Assembly (NCBI GenBank): GCA_963667015.2
Contig: CAXXJJ010000004.1
Coordinates: 736,001-800,000 of the forward strand
DNA from: Desulfatiglandales bacterium
Lineage (GTDB): Bacteria; Desulfobacterota; DSM-4660; Desulfatiglandales; HGW-15
Length of the DNA: 64,000 nucleotides
Direction: 5' to 3'
The notes below the pieces were generated by a model. The model did not search any database and was not told where the DNA came from. It was given only the letters and a program-made list of their open reading frames with translations. Below, piece by piece: positions 33,161-44,565 of this stretch. Positions within the stretch are counted from its first letter, which is position 1. Every line of letters starts with the position of its first letter. A program made the position numbers and the translations under genes.

Positions 33161-33856
33161 TTATAAACTAGCAAGAAAAGTATTCGGATCAAGACGGATA
33201 CTTGAATCATCATTGACTTCGTGATCATGATCCTTGATCAGTTTCAGGAAAATACCTGACTCACTCGGATCAAGCTGTATAATAACGCTGAGGAAATCAT
33301 CAACCCTGCTGCATGGATATGGAATCCCCTTTTCATTCTTATCGGTAATATGCCTGTGAGAAAGTGCCGAAAACCAAATTTCCACATCAAATTCTTCCGC
33401 AACCTTTTTAAATTCCTTCATGGTTTCAGCATCTACCTTTTCAAAATCAAGCCCATCAACAATAAGGATATCCGGAATAAATTCAATCTGTTCCTTAAGA
33501 TTATTCAAGTTTCTTTTTAGACGATCAATCTCAAAACTTTTATTCAGGTATGCAAGGATCATCCTGTTTCTTTCAAGGAGCATCATCCCATCTGTCTCGT
33601 CCTTGATATCTAGGGCCTTGACCAGATCAGAGAATATTACATTATAATAGGATGTTACCTTTTCAGGTGAATCCTCAAGCGAAATATGAACAAGCTTCTG
33701 TTTTCTGAAAAGCATATCAAATGCTATATGTATCAGGCATGCAGTTTTTCCAACTCCTGCCCTTGCCATAAGTACGCCAAGATTTCCCTTTCCAAGACCA
33801 TCGCCGGAAGACATTTCAAGCAGTTTTAAAGGACTGACCTTTATAAAATCATTCAT
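33161..33856 (-). CDS. RecA/KaiC-fold P-loop ATPase of unknown function
   Basis: Walker A ARAGVGKT, Walker B LIVDG; starts 2 bp after the fusA stop. Confidence 0.75.
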   Translation of the reverse strand: MNDFIKVSPLKLLEMSSGDGLGKGNLGVLMARAGVGKTACLIHIAFDMLFRKQKLVHISLEDSPEKVTSYYNVIFSDLVKALDIKDETDGMMLLERNRMILAYLNKSFEIDRLKRNLNNLKEQIEFIPDILIVDGLDFEKVDAETMKEFKKVAEEFDVEIWFSALSHRHITDKNEKGIPYPCSRVDDFLSVIIQLDPSESGIFLKLIKDHDHEVNDDSSIRLDPNTFLASL

Positions 33857-33858
33857 TG

Positions 33859-35943
33859 TTATTTACCTCCCTTTGCCTTTTCGGCATACTCTTTTTTGAG
33901 GTCTTCAGATATTGATGCCGGCACCTTTGAGTACCTGCTGAATTCCATTGTAAAATCTGCCTTACCCTGTGTCAGTGAACGCAGAACAGTTGCATACCCG
34001 AACATCTCGGCAAGCGGCACTTCCGAATCAACAACTGAAAAGCTTCCATCCTCAGTTGAGCTGACAATCATGCCTCTCCTCTGGTTGATTGATGCCATAA
34101 CATTGCCCTGATATTCCGATGGAGATTCGACTGATACTTTCATGATAGGCTCAAGTATTACGGGCTTTGCCTTTGAATAGGCTGACCTGAAAGCACCGAT
34201 TGCAGCCTGTGAAAAGGCCATTTCAGAGGAGTCAACAGCATGGAACTGACCATCATTGATAGTGATTTTCATGCCAATGACCGGGAAACCGATCAGGCTG
34301 CCCTTCCCGAGACATGCCCTGAAGCCTTTATCGACTGCAGGAATATATTCTGTCGGTATAACACCTCCCTTGATATCATTAACAAACTCGTAGTTATCGT
34401 CTTCGGAGGGTTCCATGAAGCCTGCAACACGGCCGTACTGACCTGAACCACCGGTCTGTTTTTTGTGGGTATAATCGAATTCCGCCCTTGTGGAGATGGC
34501 TTCCCTGTAAGCAACCTGGGGCATGCCGGTTTCGACCTCGGCATTATATTCTCTTTTCATTCTTTCAACATAAATATCAAGGTGAAGTTCACCCATACCT
34601 GAAATGATTGTCTGACTGGATTCTTCATCCACCCTGCTTCTAAAGGTAGGATCTTCCTTTATGAACCTGTTTATAGCCTTGGACATATTGATCCTTGCCT
34701 TATTGTCCTTTGGAACAATACTGAGATGAATAACCGGCTCGGGCACAAACATGGAAGTCATTGAATATCTGTATTTTCCATCTGTAAAGGTATCACCGGA
34801 ATAACAGTCAACACCGAAAAGCGTTACAATATCTCCTGCCTTTGCCTCTGTAATGTCTTCCATTTCATCGGCATGCATACGGGCGAGTCTTCCAACCTTG
34901 ATCTTTTTTCTGTCTCTGGTGTTAATAAGATCATCACCTTTTTTTAAAGTTCCCTGATAAACTCTCAGGTAGGTAAGCTGTCCGTAGGGAGTTACCTCGA
35001 GCTTGAATGCAAGAGCAACAAGCGGATCAGCATCATTTGACGACAGGACAACTTCCTTTTCATTATCCTCCAAGTCAAGGGCAATATTTTCTACCTCGGA
35101 AGGAGAAGGAAGATAACGATTAACACCGTCAAGCAGCGCCTGCACACCAACATTTTTATATGCTGAACCTATAAATACAGGCGTAAGCTCTCTTGCCAGA
35201 GTACCCTTTCTGATCGCATTTATAATAAGCTCTTCATCAACCTCGCCTTCGAGTGCTGCTTCCATCAATTCATCGGAAAACAAAGATGCGGCATCGAGCA
35301 ACTCTTCACGCTTTGCCTCTGCTTCATCTAAAAGGTCTGCGGGGATTTCATCTATTCTGATGTCATCGCCATAGTTTCCTTCAAAATAGATTGCTTTCAT
35401 GGACACAAGGTCTACCAGACCTTTAAGGTCTGCCTCGAGCCCGATTGGAAGCTCCATGAGCACTGCGTTCAGGCTGAGCTTTTCTCTCATCTGCCTGGCA
35501 ACTTTCAGCGGATCAGCACCTGACCTGTCGCACTTGTTGATAAAGGCAAGTCTTGGAACCTTGTACCTGTTCATCTGCCTGTCAACAGTGATTGTCTGAG
35601 ACTGCACACCGCCGACAGCACATAAAACAAGTATTGAGCCGTCAAGAACCCTCAGCGCCCTTTCAACTTCAATTGTGAAGTCAACGTGCCCGGGTGTATC
35701 AATGATGTTGATCATATGCTTTTTCCATTCGCAGTAAGTGGCAGCGGATGAAATGGTTATTCCACGTTCCTTTTCAAGTTCCATGGAATCCATTTTTGCG
35801 CCTACGCCATCCTTGCCTCTTACCTCATGGACTGCATGAATTCTCTTTGTATAATATAATATTCTCTCGGTGAGAGTTGTCTTACCGGAATCGATATGAG
35901 CACTGATCCCGATATTTCTTATTCTTTCTATTTCCTCTTTCAT
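33859..35943 (-). CDS. fusA: Elongation factor G (stand-alone copy, not in an rpsL-rpsG-fusA-tuf operon)
   Basis: [44 protein letters not shown]. Confidence 0.96.
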   Translation of the reverse strand: MKEEIERIRNIGISAHIDSGKTTLTERILYYTKRIHAVHEVRGKDGVGAKMDSMELEKERGITISSAATYCEWKKHMINIIDTPGHVDFTIEVERALRVLDGSILVLCAVGGVQSQTITVDRQMNRYKVPRLAFINKCDRSGADPLKVARQMREKLSLNAVLMELPIGLEADLKGLVDLVSMKAIYFEGNYGDDIRIDEIPADLLDEAEAKREELLDAASLFSDELMEAALEGEVDEELIINAIRKGTLARELTPVFIGSAYKNVGVQALLDGVNRYLPSPSEVENIALDLEDNEKEVVLSSNDADPLVALAFKLEVTPYGQLTYLRVYQGTLKKGDDLINTRDRKKIKVGRLARMHADEMEDITEAKAGDIVTLFGVDCYSGDTFTDGKYRYSMTSMFVPEPVIHLSIVPKDNKARINMSKAINRFIKEDPTFRSRVDEESSQTIISGMGELHLDIYVERMKREYNAEVETGMPQVAYREAISTRAEFDYTHKKQTGGSGQYGRVAGFMEPSEDDNYEFVNDIKGGVIPTEYIPAVDKGFRACLGKGSLIGFPVIGMKITINDGQFHAVDSSEMAFSQAAIGAFRSAYSKAKPVILEPIMKVSVESPSEYQGNVMASINQRRGMIVSSTEDGSFSVVDSEVPLAEMFGYATVLRSLTQGKADFTMEFSRYSKVPASISEDLKKEYAEKAKGGK

Positions 35944-36086
35944 TTACAGCCTCTGTTCTAAAAATTGTTACATTTAAAAAAAACTATCGCTTATATGGAT
36001 TTATAAGCTATTTGTCAATCAAGATTATTAATAATATTGTTATTTTTCTGTTAATTATTATTCAGTATATAACTAACCCGGTAATA

Positions 36087-37265
36087 TTACTCCCTTTCAA
36101 ACAGGGCAGCTGCCCCCATGCCGAATCCTACGCACATGGAAACAATGCCATATCTGCTTTTTCGATCTGCCATTTCGTAAGCCAGTTGTGTTGTAAGTTT
36201 TGCACCTGTACATCCAAGAGGGTGCCCCAGGGCTATTGCCCCTCCATTGACATTGGTTATTTCAGGACTGATAACCAATTCTTTTATGCAATAGAGGGCC
36301 TGAGCCGCAAACGCCTCATTTAACTCGATAAGATTGATATCCTTCAGTTGAACTCCGGTCATTTTTACCAGTTTGGGAATGGCAACAGCCGGACCTACAC
36401 CCATATATTCAGGGGCACATCCTTCAACTACATACCCCCGGAAGGTCAAAACAGGAGTTAATCCAAGCTCAGCCGCTTTTTCTCTGGACATTATCAACAC
36501 AGCAGCAGCCCCGTCACTTGTCTGGGAGGAGTTACCCGCTGTTACGGTACCTTTTATCTTAAATACAGGTGACAGCTCTGACAGACTTTCCTTTGTCGTC
36601 CCGGGTCTGATTCCTTCATCTTTATCAAAAATTAATGTTTTATGCTCGAACCGGTGATCAGGAGTCTCCTCCTGAATAATGACATCCAATGGTACAATCT
36701 GCTCAGTGAACTTTCCGCCTTTTGAGGCGGTTTCGGCCCTTTGATAACTCTGAGCAGCAAACTCATCCTGTTCATCACGACCGATATTGTATTTTTCAGC
36801 CACATTTTCCGCTGTCAATCCCATACTGCTATAGGCTCCAGGCCTTTCTTCCACAAGGGCAGGATTAGGATATGGCAGGCTTCCCACCATTGGAATCCGG
36901 CTCATATGCTCCACTCCTCCGGCAATAATAACATCAGCATAACCGCACATTATCTTTTCGGCACCGATGGCTATTGCCTGTAATCCTGATGAACAAAACC
37001 GGTTTACTGTCATGCCGGGTATCCTGTCCGGCCACCCCATGGATATAACCAGCACACGGCCAAGATTCATACCCTGTATTGATTCGGGAAATGTACACCC
37101 TATAATAACATCATCTATCAGTTTAGGGTTCAGTCCCTCTGCCCTTTTTATAAGATCCCCGAGCACAGCACATCCCATTTCTTCGGGCCTTGTATTTTTG
37201 AGCATGCCTCTCGGGGCTTTACCAATTGCTGTTCTGCACGCAGCAACAATAACCGCTTCCTTCAT
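36087..37265 (-). CDS. Thiolase (acetyl-CoA C-acyltransferase)
   Basis: NRFCSSG, NEAFA, GHPLG, SMCVGFG. Confidence 0.95.
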   Translation of the reverse strand: MKEAVIVAACRTAIGKAPRGMLKNTRPEEMGCAVLGDLIKRAEGLNPKLIDDVIIGCTFPESIQGMNLGRVLVISMGWPDRIPGMTVNRFCSSGLQAIAIGAEKIMCGYADVIIAGGVEHMSRIPMVGSLPYPNPALVEERPGAYSSMGLTAENVAEKYNIGRDEQDEFAAQSYQRAETASKGGKFTEQIVPLDVIIQEETPDHRFEHKTLIFDKDEGIRPGTTKESLSELSPVFKIKGTVTAGNSSQTSDGAAAVLIMSREKAAELGLTPVLTFRGYVVEGCAPEYMGVGPAVAIPKLVKMTGVQLKDINLIELNEAFAAQALYCIKELVISPEITNVNGGAIALGHPLGCTGAKLTTQLAYEMADRKSRYGIVSMCVGFGMGAAALFERE

Positions 37266-37276
37266 ATTAGCTCCTG

Positions 37277-39694
37277 TTAATTTCTTAAGGCCTTTCCGGT
37301 CGTAAGCATATGATGCATACGCTCCTGAGTTTTTTGATTTCCGCACAAACTCAGGAATGACTCTCTTTCGAGATCAAGCAGATACTGTTCATTTACCTTT
37401 GTATCAGCAAAAAGATCACCGCCGCAAAGCACATATGCTGCCTTTTCGGCAACAGTGACATCATAATCCGTTGCGTACCCCTGTTCATGCATTGCCCATA
37501 CAGCAAGTTTCAGCATCGCCAGGGTATCTCTTCCGGGAACCCTGATATTATTCATCGGACCGGGGGCATTATAACCTTCCATATTCATTGCAATGACCAT
37601 CTTCTTTGCATCGCTCAGTAAAAAATCTCTGTTTACAGTCATTCGGTCTGTTTTTCTTAAATAGCCGAGTTTTACGGCCTCAGGACCTGAAGTGGATGTC
37701 TTTGCCAGGGATATTGTCTCAAAAGCCTTTGCTATAAAAGGAAGCATTTCAATCTGTTTTTGATAAATACCGCCTGCAGGGACCTCAAATAATTGCTCGG
37801 TATTTCTGATCAATAATTCCTTGGTTCCGCCCCCGGCCGGAATAAGGCCAACACCTGCTTCGACCAGTCCCATATAGGTCTCAGCGGCATAACGAACCCT
37901 GTCAGCAGCCAGACAGATTTCACAGCCACCTCCAAGTGCCATACCGGAAGGTGCTGCTACAACAGGTTTATCCAGGTATTTTAACCGCATCAGATTATCC
38001 TGCAGGATCCTTACCATCTGATCAATTTTATCCCAGTCGCGTTCCTCGGCTGCAGCCAAAACCAGATAAAGATTTACCCCTACTGAAAAATTGTCTGCAT
38101 GATTTGAGATGACCATACCTTCAAAGTTTCTTGAAACAATGTCTGCTGACTCATTTATCATACTGATAATGCCTTCTCCCATGGTGTTCATTTTTGAATG
38201 GAACTCGAGACATGCCACACCATCGCCAATATCCACCAGAGATGCTTCATTGTTCCCGGTAATCTTCTTCTGTCTATCCTTGAGTGAAGGCAGCCAGATG
38301 ATACCGGGATTAGGAATTTCTTCTATATAGGTCTCAGAGCCCGGATCATAATAAAATTCCCTGCCATTTTCACTGATGTAAAAAGATTTAAATCCCTTCT
38401 GCAGCATCCTGCTGACCCATTCAGGGATTTCATAGCCTGTCTCTTTCATCCTTGATACGGACTTCTCAAGGCCAATAGCATCCCACATCTTAAATGGGCC
38501 CATTTCACGGTTGAATCCCCATTTAAGTGCATTGTCTATGTTCAATATATCATCGGCTATCTCAGGTATACGGTTGGCAGCATAAATAAATTCATCACTT
38601 CTTGTCCTGAATGTGAATAATCCCGCACTATCCTTGGCATAATAGAGCTCCCTGATCCTTTCCTGCAGTTCATGATGTTTAAGTGCTGCATCAAGTGAAT
38701 CATATTTGACAGGTTTCCTTTCCCCGTATTCCATCTTGTTATAATCAAGAGAAAGGATTATACTTTCACCTCTTTTGTTTTTTTCCCTTTTATAGAATCC
38801 CTGCCCGCTTTTATCCCCCAGGAGATTATTTTCCATCATGGCTTTTACTATATCAGGAGTAGCAAAAATGTCCCGTTTCTCATCATCCGGGGCTTTTTTT
38901 AATACATTGCCGGCAACATGAACAAGCGTATCAAGACCTACAATATCATTTGTCCTGAATGTAGCGCTCTTCGGAAAGCCTATTACTGTACCGGTCAATT
39001 CATCAACCGTTTCAACAGAAAGACCAAGCTCGCTCATTACCCTTATATTATTGAGTGTGCTGAAAACAGCAATACGGTTTGCTATAAAGTTCGGGGTATC
39101 CTTTGCAAAGACAATACGTTTACCAATAACATGTTCAAAATTCTCAGTTATTATATCAATTACTTCAGGGAGCGTATCAGGCCCCTTAACTATCTCAATA
39201 AGTTTCATGTATCTCGGAGGATTAAAAAAATGGGTGACTGCAAAATGTTCCCGGAAATCCTGGGAAAATCCCTCACACATGTCTGCAATCGATATACCTG
39301 ATGTATTTGAGGTTACAATTGTGGCCGGTTTTATTTCCTTTTCTAATCTTTTAAAAAGTCCTCTCTTCAGGGAGAAATCTTCAACTATTGCCTCTATGAC
39401 AATATCCACATCTTTCAATAAATCTATATTATCCTCAAGATTCCCTACTGTTATCAGCTCGGCATTTTCAGTAAGATAAAAAGATGCAGGGCTTGATTTT
39501 CTAGCACGTTCAACCCCCTTAAGAGCAAAACCGTTTCTGAATTTTATATCATCCCTATTTATTCCGTTATTTGATACAGGAGGCACGATATCAAGCAGTA
39601 CAGTATCTATGCCAACATTGGCCAGCTGTGCGGCAATATTTGCTCCCATAACTCCGGCACCAATGACTCCTGCTTTTTTAAACTTTTTTCTCAT
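37277..39694 (-). CDS. 3-hydroxyacyl-CoA dehydrogenase/enoyl-CoA hydratase fusion (FadN-like)
   Basis: GAGVMG, SNTSG, HFFNPPRYM, ALGGGCE, GLVEAGVGLIP. Confidence 0.93.
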   Translation of the reverse strand: MRKKFKKAGVIGAGVMGANIAAQLANVGIDTVLLDIVPPVSNNGINRDDIKFRNGFALKGVERARKSSPASFYLTENAELITVGNLEDNIDLLKDVDIVIEAIVEDFSLKRGLFKRLEKEIKPATIVTSNTSGISIADMCEGFSQDFREHFAVTHFFNPPRYMKLIEIVKGPDTLPEVIDIITENFEHVIGKRIVFAKDTPNFIANRIAVFSTLNNIRVMSELGLSVETVDELTGTVIGFPKSATFRTNDIVGLDTLVHVAGNVLKKAPDDEKRDIFATPDIVKAMMENNLLGDKSGQGFYKREKNKRGESIILSLDYNKMEYGERKPVKYDSLDAALKHHELQERIRELYYAKDSAGLFTFRTRSDEFIYAANRIPEIADDILNIDNALKWGFNREMGPFKMWDAIGLEKSVSRMKETGYEIPEWVSRMLQKGFKSFYISENGREFYYDPGSETYIEEIPNPGIIWLPSLKDRQKKITGNNEASLVDIGDGVACLEFHSKMNTMGEGIISMINESADIVSRNFEGMVISNHADNFSVGVNLYLVLAAAEERDWDKIDQMVRILQDNLMRLKYLDKPVVAAPSGMALGGGCEICLAADRVRYAAETYMGLVEAGVGLIPAGGGTKELLIRNTEQLFEVPAGGIYQKQIEMLPFIAKAFETISLAKTSTSGPEAVKLGYLRKTDRMTVNRDFLLSDAKKMVIAMNMEGYNAPGPMNNIRVPGRDTLAMLKLAVWAMHEQGYATDYDVTVAEKAAYVLCGGDLFADTKVNEQYLLDLERESFLSLCGNQKTQERMHHMLTTGKALRN

Positions 39695-39964
39695 TAAAAT
39701 TTCTCCAGACTACCCGTTCAATTTAGTAAAAATATGAAACCGGGAATAATACTTAAAAATTGTTAAAACTATTACAGTATAATTCATTTAAACTTATAAA
39801 TCATTACTATTTATTTATAAAACAGTTAATTACTTTTCTTAATCAATAAACCATGTAAGCTTTTCAAACTCAAATTTCCCTATTTTTTCTTGACACTTAC
39901 CTCATTTTAATATATTTTAACAAAGTTTTTAACATCCCCTTTAAATATATAAAAAGTATCCGAT

Positions 39965-41023
39965 ATGTGGCTTTACAGAGAACGCTTAAATTATTATGAA
40001 AAACTCAGACGATCTTTATACGAAATAATGAGAGATTCGCTTGAATTGCGTTTGATGAAAGTTTCACTTATTGATTCATTTAATAACTACCTCAAAAATG
40101 ATGTAGAATACAGCTTTGTTGATAAAAGCGAATTAAGACCAAAATCCAAAAAGATGGAAAAGGAGTCCGAGCTGTTCAAAACCTTTATTGTTATCTTTTG
40201 TGAAGGTGCAATTGATCCGTCGCTCAAGAATTATATCCGCTTCTTTCCTGAAAATAAAGTTATAAAAAAGAATCTGGATGATCTGTCCAATTTCACTCTT
40301 CATAAAAAATTCTACAATAATATCAAATATTTTGACAACCAGCCATTTTTTGATTTTCTTGAAGAACTGACATCAATAGACTATGCCCTTCTTATTCAGC
40401 AGGACCCGACAATCAAAAAGAAAAACAGGTATGCCCTGACCCATTTTCATGTAAAGATTGACTGGCCGATTTCGGATGCAGCTGAAGACCTTGGCAAGTA
40501 TTTAAAATATATACAGAATAACCTGTATGAAAATGGAGATAAATACGCCAGAATAGTACAAAACAAACTTTTTGAATATTACGGGTGTCATTACAGTGTC
40601 GGAGGCCGCAGGACAGCAGCCCTGATTGCATCTCAATTATTAAAGAAACTCGCTGTCATAAGCACAATCTATATCTCAAGCTCCGAATCAAGAACAATGG
40701 TTAAATATTCGGAACGCGGTCTTTCAAAGTTTTTCCTGATTCAACTTCAAAATGATCAGATTAAAGCACTCGCTTCGAAAGAGAATATGAGCATTGATAA
40801 ATTCAAAAATTCATACCTTTTTCCTGGCAAAGGATATCATGTGGGCGTTTCTGAAGCAGTTTATGATTATACCCAATATTCCAAACCTCCTGAAGATGGC
40901 AAGATAAGAAAGCTGAGACCAGCCTATAACTGGCTAAGGGTAGTAGACGAATTTTTACACCCAAGGCCTGACTCAACCCATCTAAAGCCAATCAACTACA
41001 ATTGGGTTTATTCGTCTGAATAG
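39965..41023 (+). CDS. Hypothetical protein
   Basis: 352-aa open frame filling the intergenic space; no recognised motif. Confidence 0.8.
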   Translation: MWLYRERLNYYEKLRRSLYEIMRDSLELRLMKVSLIDSFNNYLKNDVEYSFVDKSELRPKSKKMEKESELFKTFIVIFCEGAIDPSLKNYIRFFPENKVIKKNLDDLSNFTLHKKFYNNIKYFDNQPFFDFLEELTSIDYALLIQQDPTIKKKNRYALTHFHVKIDWPISDAAEDLGKYLKYIQNNLYENGDKYARIVQNKLFEYYGCHYSVGGRRTAALIASQLLKKLAVISTIYISSSESRTMVKYSERGLSKFFLIQLQNDQIKALASKENMSIDKFKNSYLFPGKGYHVGVSEAVYDYTQYSKPPEDGKIRKLRPAYNWLRVVDEFLHPRPDSTHLKPINYNWVYSSE

Positions 41024-41166
41024 AACCTTTAACAGCTTTTTATTTAATATATTATTCAGCCTATTTTAAATATTAGCCATTACAGGCGTGTCCTCTTGAA
41101 TCTGTGCATAAAAAATGATAATAAATTATTGTAATAAATTCAAACTGCCGGATACTGGAGGAATTA

Positions 41167-41613
41167 ATGATCGACCTGGTAAAAAAAATTATCGGAAACG
41201 GACAAACTGAAAAACAAAAAAAAATCAGCGCAGGAGATACAAACCTGGCCACATGTGCCCTTCTTCTTGAACTTGCACATATAGATGGCAAATTCAGCAA
41301 AAAGGAAAGGAATGATATTACAGATATATTTAAAACAAGATATTCGCTTTCTGAAGAAGAGGTAAACGAATTAATTAAATCTTCCGAAGCAGAACTTGAA
41401 AACAGTATAGACTTATGGAAGTTTACCAATGTTATTAATCAGAACTACAGTCTTGATGAAAAGTTAAAGGTAATTGAGACAATCTGGGAAATTGCATATT
41501 CTGACGGTAAACTTGAACAGTATGAAGATTATCTTGCCCATAAGGTTGCCACCCTGTTACGTTTGAGTCATAAACAGCTTATTGACGCAAAACTCAAGGT
41601 GCTTCACCGTTAA
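41167..41613 (+). CDS. TerB family protein
   Basis: ALLLELAHIDG...E and WEIAYSDG...E repeats. Confidence 0.85.
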   Translation: MIDLVKKIIGNGQTEKQKKISAGDTNLATCALLLELAHIDGKFSKKERNDITDIFKTRYSLSEEEVNELIKSSEAELENSIDLWKFTNVINQNYSLDEKLKVIETIWEIAYSDGKLEQYEDYLAHKVATLLRLSHKQLIDAKLKVLHR

Positions 41614-41635
41614 CCAATATTTTTCCGGAGATATT

Positions 41636-42511
41636 ATGTCGTTAAGAAAATACATTTTTTTTGCACTGTTATTCTGCTTTATCATGCCACCATTCAATGC
41701 ATCAGGAAGCAGTTCTATTGATAAAAATATTTTTCCGGATATTTCGGGTTTTTCAAAATCAGGAGAGGTAATCACATATAAACCGGAAACGCTGTTTGAG
41801 TTCATGAATGGAGCAGCCGAACTGTACCTGCTATATGATTTTGCTGAAATGAATGTCCAGGTATATGAAGATAAAAAGGGTAACACAATAAACATAGAAA
41901 TATATGATCATCAAAATATTGATAACAGTTTTGGAATCTACAGCCAGGAAAGACCATATGAATGCGAGTTTCTCCCCATAGGCACTCAGGCCAACTATAC
42001 TGAAGGATACCTTAATTTTTACCAGGGAAAATACTATATAAAATTATCAGGGTACAATCTTGGCGCGAAAGACAAAGAAATCCTTACAGGAGCAGGCAAA
42101 ATAATATCAGCTCGGCTTAACGAGAAAACAGATCCGCCGCATGCATTAAAACTGTTCCCTGACTTAAAAAAAATAAAAAACAGGGAAGAGTACATAACAA
42201 AGGATTACTTGGGTTACGCCTATTTTAAAAATGTCTTTACTTCTGATTACGGTGATCCGGAATCAAGCTACAAACTTTTTATCATTGAAGCTCCGGATAG
42301 ATCCACTCTTGAAAAATCCATTAATGAATATAAAAAGGAAACTGGTTTTACCCGGGATATTCTAAAGGGCGGTATTCATGAAATTGAAGATCCATATCAG
42401 GGAAAACTGATCATTTCTGTATCCGGGAACTATATTGCCGGGATATTAAACCCTGACAACGTTAAAGTGAATATGGATATTCTCAAACAGATGATTTTAA
42501 ATTTAAAGTAA
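41636..42511 (+). CDS. Exported hypothetical protein (DUF6599-like)
   Basis: Signal peptide; LFEFMNGAAELY, FGIYSQER. Confidence 0.7.
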   Translation: MSLRKYIFFALLFCFIMPPFNASGSSSIDKNIFPDISGFSKSGEVITYKPETLFEFMNGAAELYLLYDFAEMNVQVYEDKKGNTINIEIYDHQNIDNSFGIYSQERPYECEFLPIGTQANYTEGYLNFYQGKYYIKLSGYNLGAKDKEILTGAGKIISARLNEKTDPPHALKLFPDLKKIKNREEYITKDYLGYAYFKNVFTSDYGDPESSYKLFIIEAPDRSTLEKSINEYKKETGFTRDILKGGIHEIEDPYQGKLIISVSGNYIAGILNPDNVKVNMDILKQMILNLK

Positions 42512-42572
42512 TTAGCTTTCTAAAAAATATATATTTGCCAATCGTTAACCACCTTATAAAGGAGATTGAGTG

Positions 42573-43796
42573 ATGAAAGATATGCCGATAAATAAGAACC
42601 GCCGAAAATTCATAAAGACCAGTATTGCAGGCCTTGCAGGGGCTTCTATGTTCCCTGCAATCATGAAAGATAAAGTATATGCGGGTGAGCCTGCAAAAAC
42701 AAATTTCATATACCGTGCCCTTGGTAAAACAGGTATCAAACTGCCCATCGTCAGCATGGGAGTAATGAACACCTTAAACCCGAAGCTGGTGGAGGCAGCA
42801 TATGATGCAGGCATCGTTCATTTTGATACGGCTGCACTGTACGGTGGCATGGGAAAAAGCGAGACAATGCTCGGAAAATTCTTCAAGGATAAACCAAGGG
42901 ATTCATTTGTAATTTCAACAAAAATAAGCATGCCCGGAATCATGATGGGTAATTTAAATGACAATGCAAAACCACAGGATTTTATCGGGGAATTTGATAA
43001 AAGCATGAAACGTATCGGGTTGGATTATGTTGACATCCTTTACCTGCATGGTCCCGGCAGCAGGGATAAGGTCCTTTTTGAGCCCTATTTAGAGGCATTG
43101 AAACAGGTTAAAAAGGAAGGCAGGACACGCTTCATCGGGGTTTCAACTCACCAGAATCAACATGAGGTAATAAGGGCTGCCATTGAAAGCAAGGCGCATG
43201 ATGTGGTTTTAGTGGCATATAATTCAACATATCCTAATGTTGATGAAATCAAAAAGGCCATTGCAGATGGCGCAAATGCAGGGCTGGGAATAATCGGCAT
43301 GAAAACTGTTGCAGGTATTGTAGGCGGCGGTTTTGGAGGCCCTCCTAAAAACCCTACGGATGATGAAATTACTGCCGCAATAAAATGGACACTAGAAGAT
43401 GAAAATGTTCACACCATTATTCCGGGCTGGCAGACATTTGATCATATGAATTCAACTATTGCTGTCATGAACAACCTGAAGATGACAACAGCAGAAAGAG
43501 CTTTATTAAATAAAAGAAACAGTCAGGCAAATCTATTCTGTTATCAATGTGAAAAATGCCTGCCACAGTGTCCGGCAGGGCACCACATCCCCACACTGAT
43601 GCGCAGCTATATGTATGCATATGGATATAAAAACATGCAGATGGCCAGGATAACACTGGATTCAATGGATTTGAATAAAATCGCCTGCGATGACTGTGAA
43701 ACCTGTACAGTAAAATGTGCAAGAGGATTCAATGTAAAAGAAAAGATTTTAAACATTTCAAGGTTAAGGGATGTTCCAACCGATTTTCTGGTTTAA
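42573..43796 (+). CDS. Tat-exported aldo/keto reductase with C-terminal Fe-S motifs
   Basis: NRRKFIK twin-arginine, FDTAALY, DYVDILYLH, CYQCEKCLPQCP and CDDCETC. Confidence 0.9.
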   Translation: MKDMPINKNRRKFIKTSIAGLAGASMFPAIMKDKVYAGEPAKTNFIYRALGKTGIKLPIVSMGVMNTLNPKLVEAAYDAGIVHFDTAALYGGMGKSETMLGKFFKDKPRDSFVISTKISMPGIMMGNLNDNAKPQDFIGEFDKSMKRIGLDYVDILYLHGPGSRDKVLFEPYLEALKQVKKEGRTRFIGVSTHQNQHEVIRAAIESKAHDVVLVAYNSTYPNVDEIKKAIADGANAGLGIIGMKTVAGIVGGGFGGPPKNPTDDEITAAIKWTLEDENVHTIIPGWQTFDHMNSTIAVMNNLKMTTAERALLNKRNSQANLFCYQCEKCLPQCPAGHHIPTLMRSYMYAYGYKNMQMARITLDSMDLNKIACDDCETCTVKCARGFNVKEKILNISRLRDVPTDFLV

Positions 43797-43846
43797 TTTT
43801 TCTCTCACAGAGTTCGCAGAGAAGACAGAGAAAAGCTTTTAAAGAT

Positions 43847-43881
43847 AAAAGCCATGCCCCATAAAGGAAGCATGGCTTTTT
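43847..43881. terminator. Bidirectional intrinsic terminator
   Basis: aaaagccatgc...gcatggcttttt between convergent genes. Confidence 0.7.
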
Positions 43882-43890
43882 GTTTTTTAT

Positions 43891-43925
43891 CCGTAAACCG
43901 CAAACCTTAGACCGTAAACCGTTTA
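43891..43925. repeat. Degenerate 7-bp tandem repeat (CCGTAAA x5)
   Basis: ccgtaaa ccgcaaa ccttaga ccgtaaa ccgttta. Confidence 0.7.
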
Positions 43926-43926
43926 T

Positions 43927-44451
43927 TTATTCCATCAATTCCACATTCCAGTAAAGGTATTCTCTCCATGTTCTGGGCACATGGGTAAATCCAACAGTCA
44001 GCCTCATAGCCGGCACCCATTTAGGCATTACAGGCTTTTTCATAAGTTTCATGGATGCCTCCCGCGGAGTTTTCCCCCCTTTTTTGCGATTACACTCAAT
44101 GCAGCAGGTTACTATGTTTGTCCATTCAGTCCTGCCGCCTCTTGATTTAGGAAGCACATGGTCATAGGTCAGATCTTCAGGTGGAAATCTTACTCCACAA
44201 TACTGACATTTATATTTGTCCCTGGCATAGATATTTTGCCTTGAAAACTTTACAGGTTTTTTATTTCTCTTTACAAATTTCAACAGGCGGACGACAGAAG
44301 GGAGATTAATGGTAAAACTGACTGAATGTATGCTTCGGCCATACTCTTCAATTATCTCTACCTTTCCCAGGCAGAGCATAGTAATGGCCTTTTGCCAGTG
44401 AATCACCTTTATAGGTTCATAGGAAGTATTTAACAGTAATACCTGATCCAT
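43927..44451 (-). CDS. HNH endonuclease family protein
   Basis: RDKYKCQYCG, DHVLPKSRGG, WTNIVTCCIECNRKK. Confidence 0.92.
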   Translation of the reverse strand: MDQVLLLNTSYEPIKVIHWQKAITMLCLGKVEIIEEYGRSIHSVSFTINLPSVVRLLKFVKRNKKPVKFSRQNIYARDKYKCQYCGVRFPPEDLTYDHVLPKSRGGRTEWTNIVTCCIECNRKKGGKTPREASMKLMKKPVMPKWVPAMRLTVGFTHVPRTWREYLYWNVELME

Positions 44452-44565
44452 AGCAGCTACCCGAAATGATCTGCACCGAACGGTTTCAATACCATTGTCA
44501 AATCAGTGCTAGATTCAGTAAGTTACCGGTATAACGCGAAATCCGGCGTGCAATGTTTTTATCTG

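Noticed and set aside
43891..44451. HNH nuclease with adjacent repeats as a CRISPR/OMEGA-like system
   Set aside because: The repeats are 7-bp units without spacers, and the protein is a short stand-alone HNH with no RuvC motifs.
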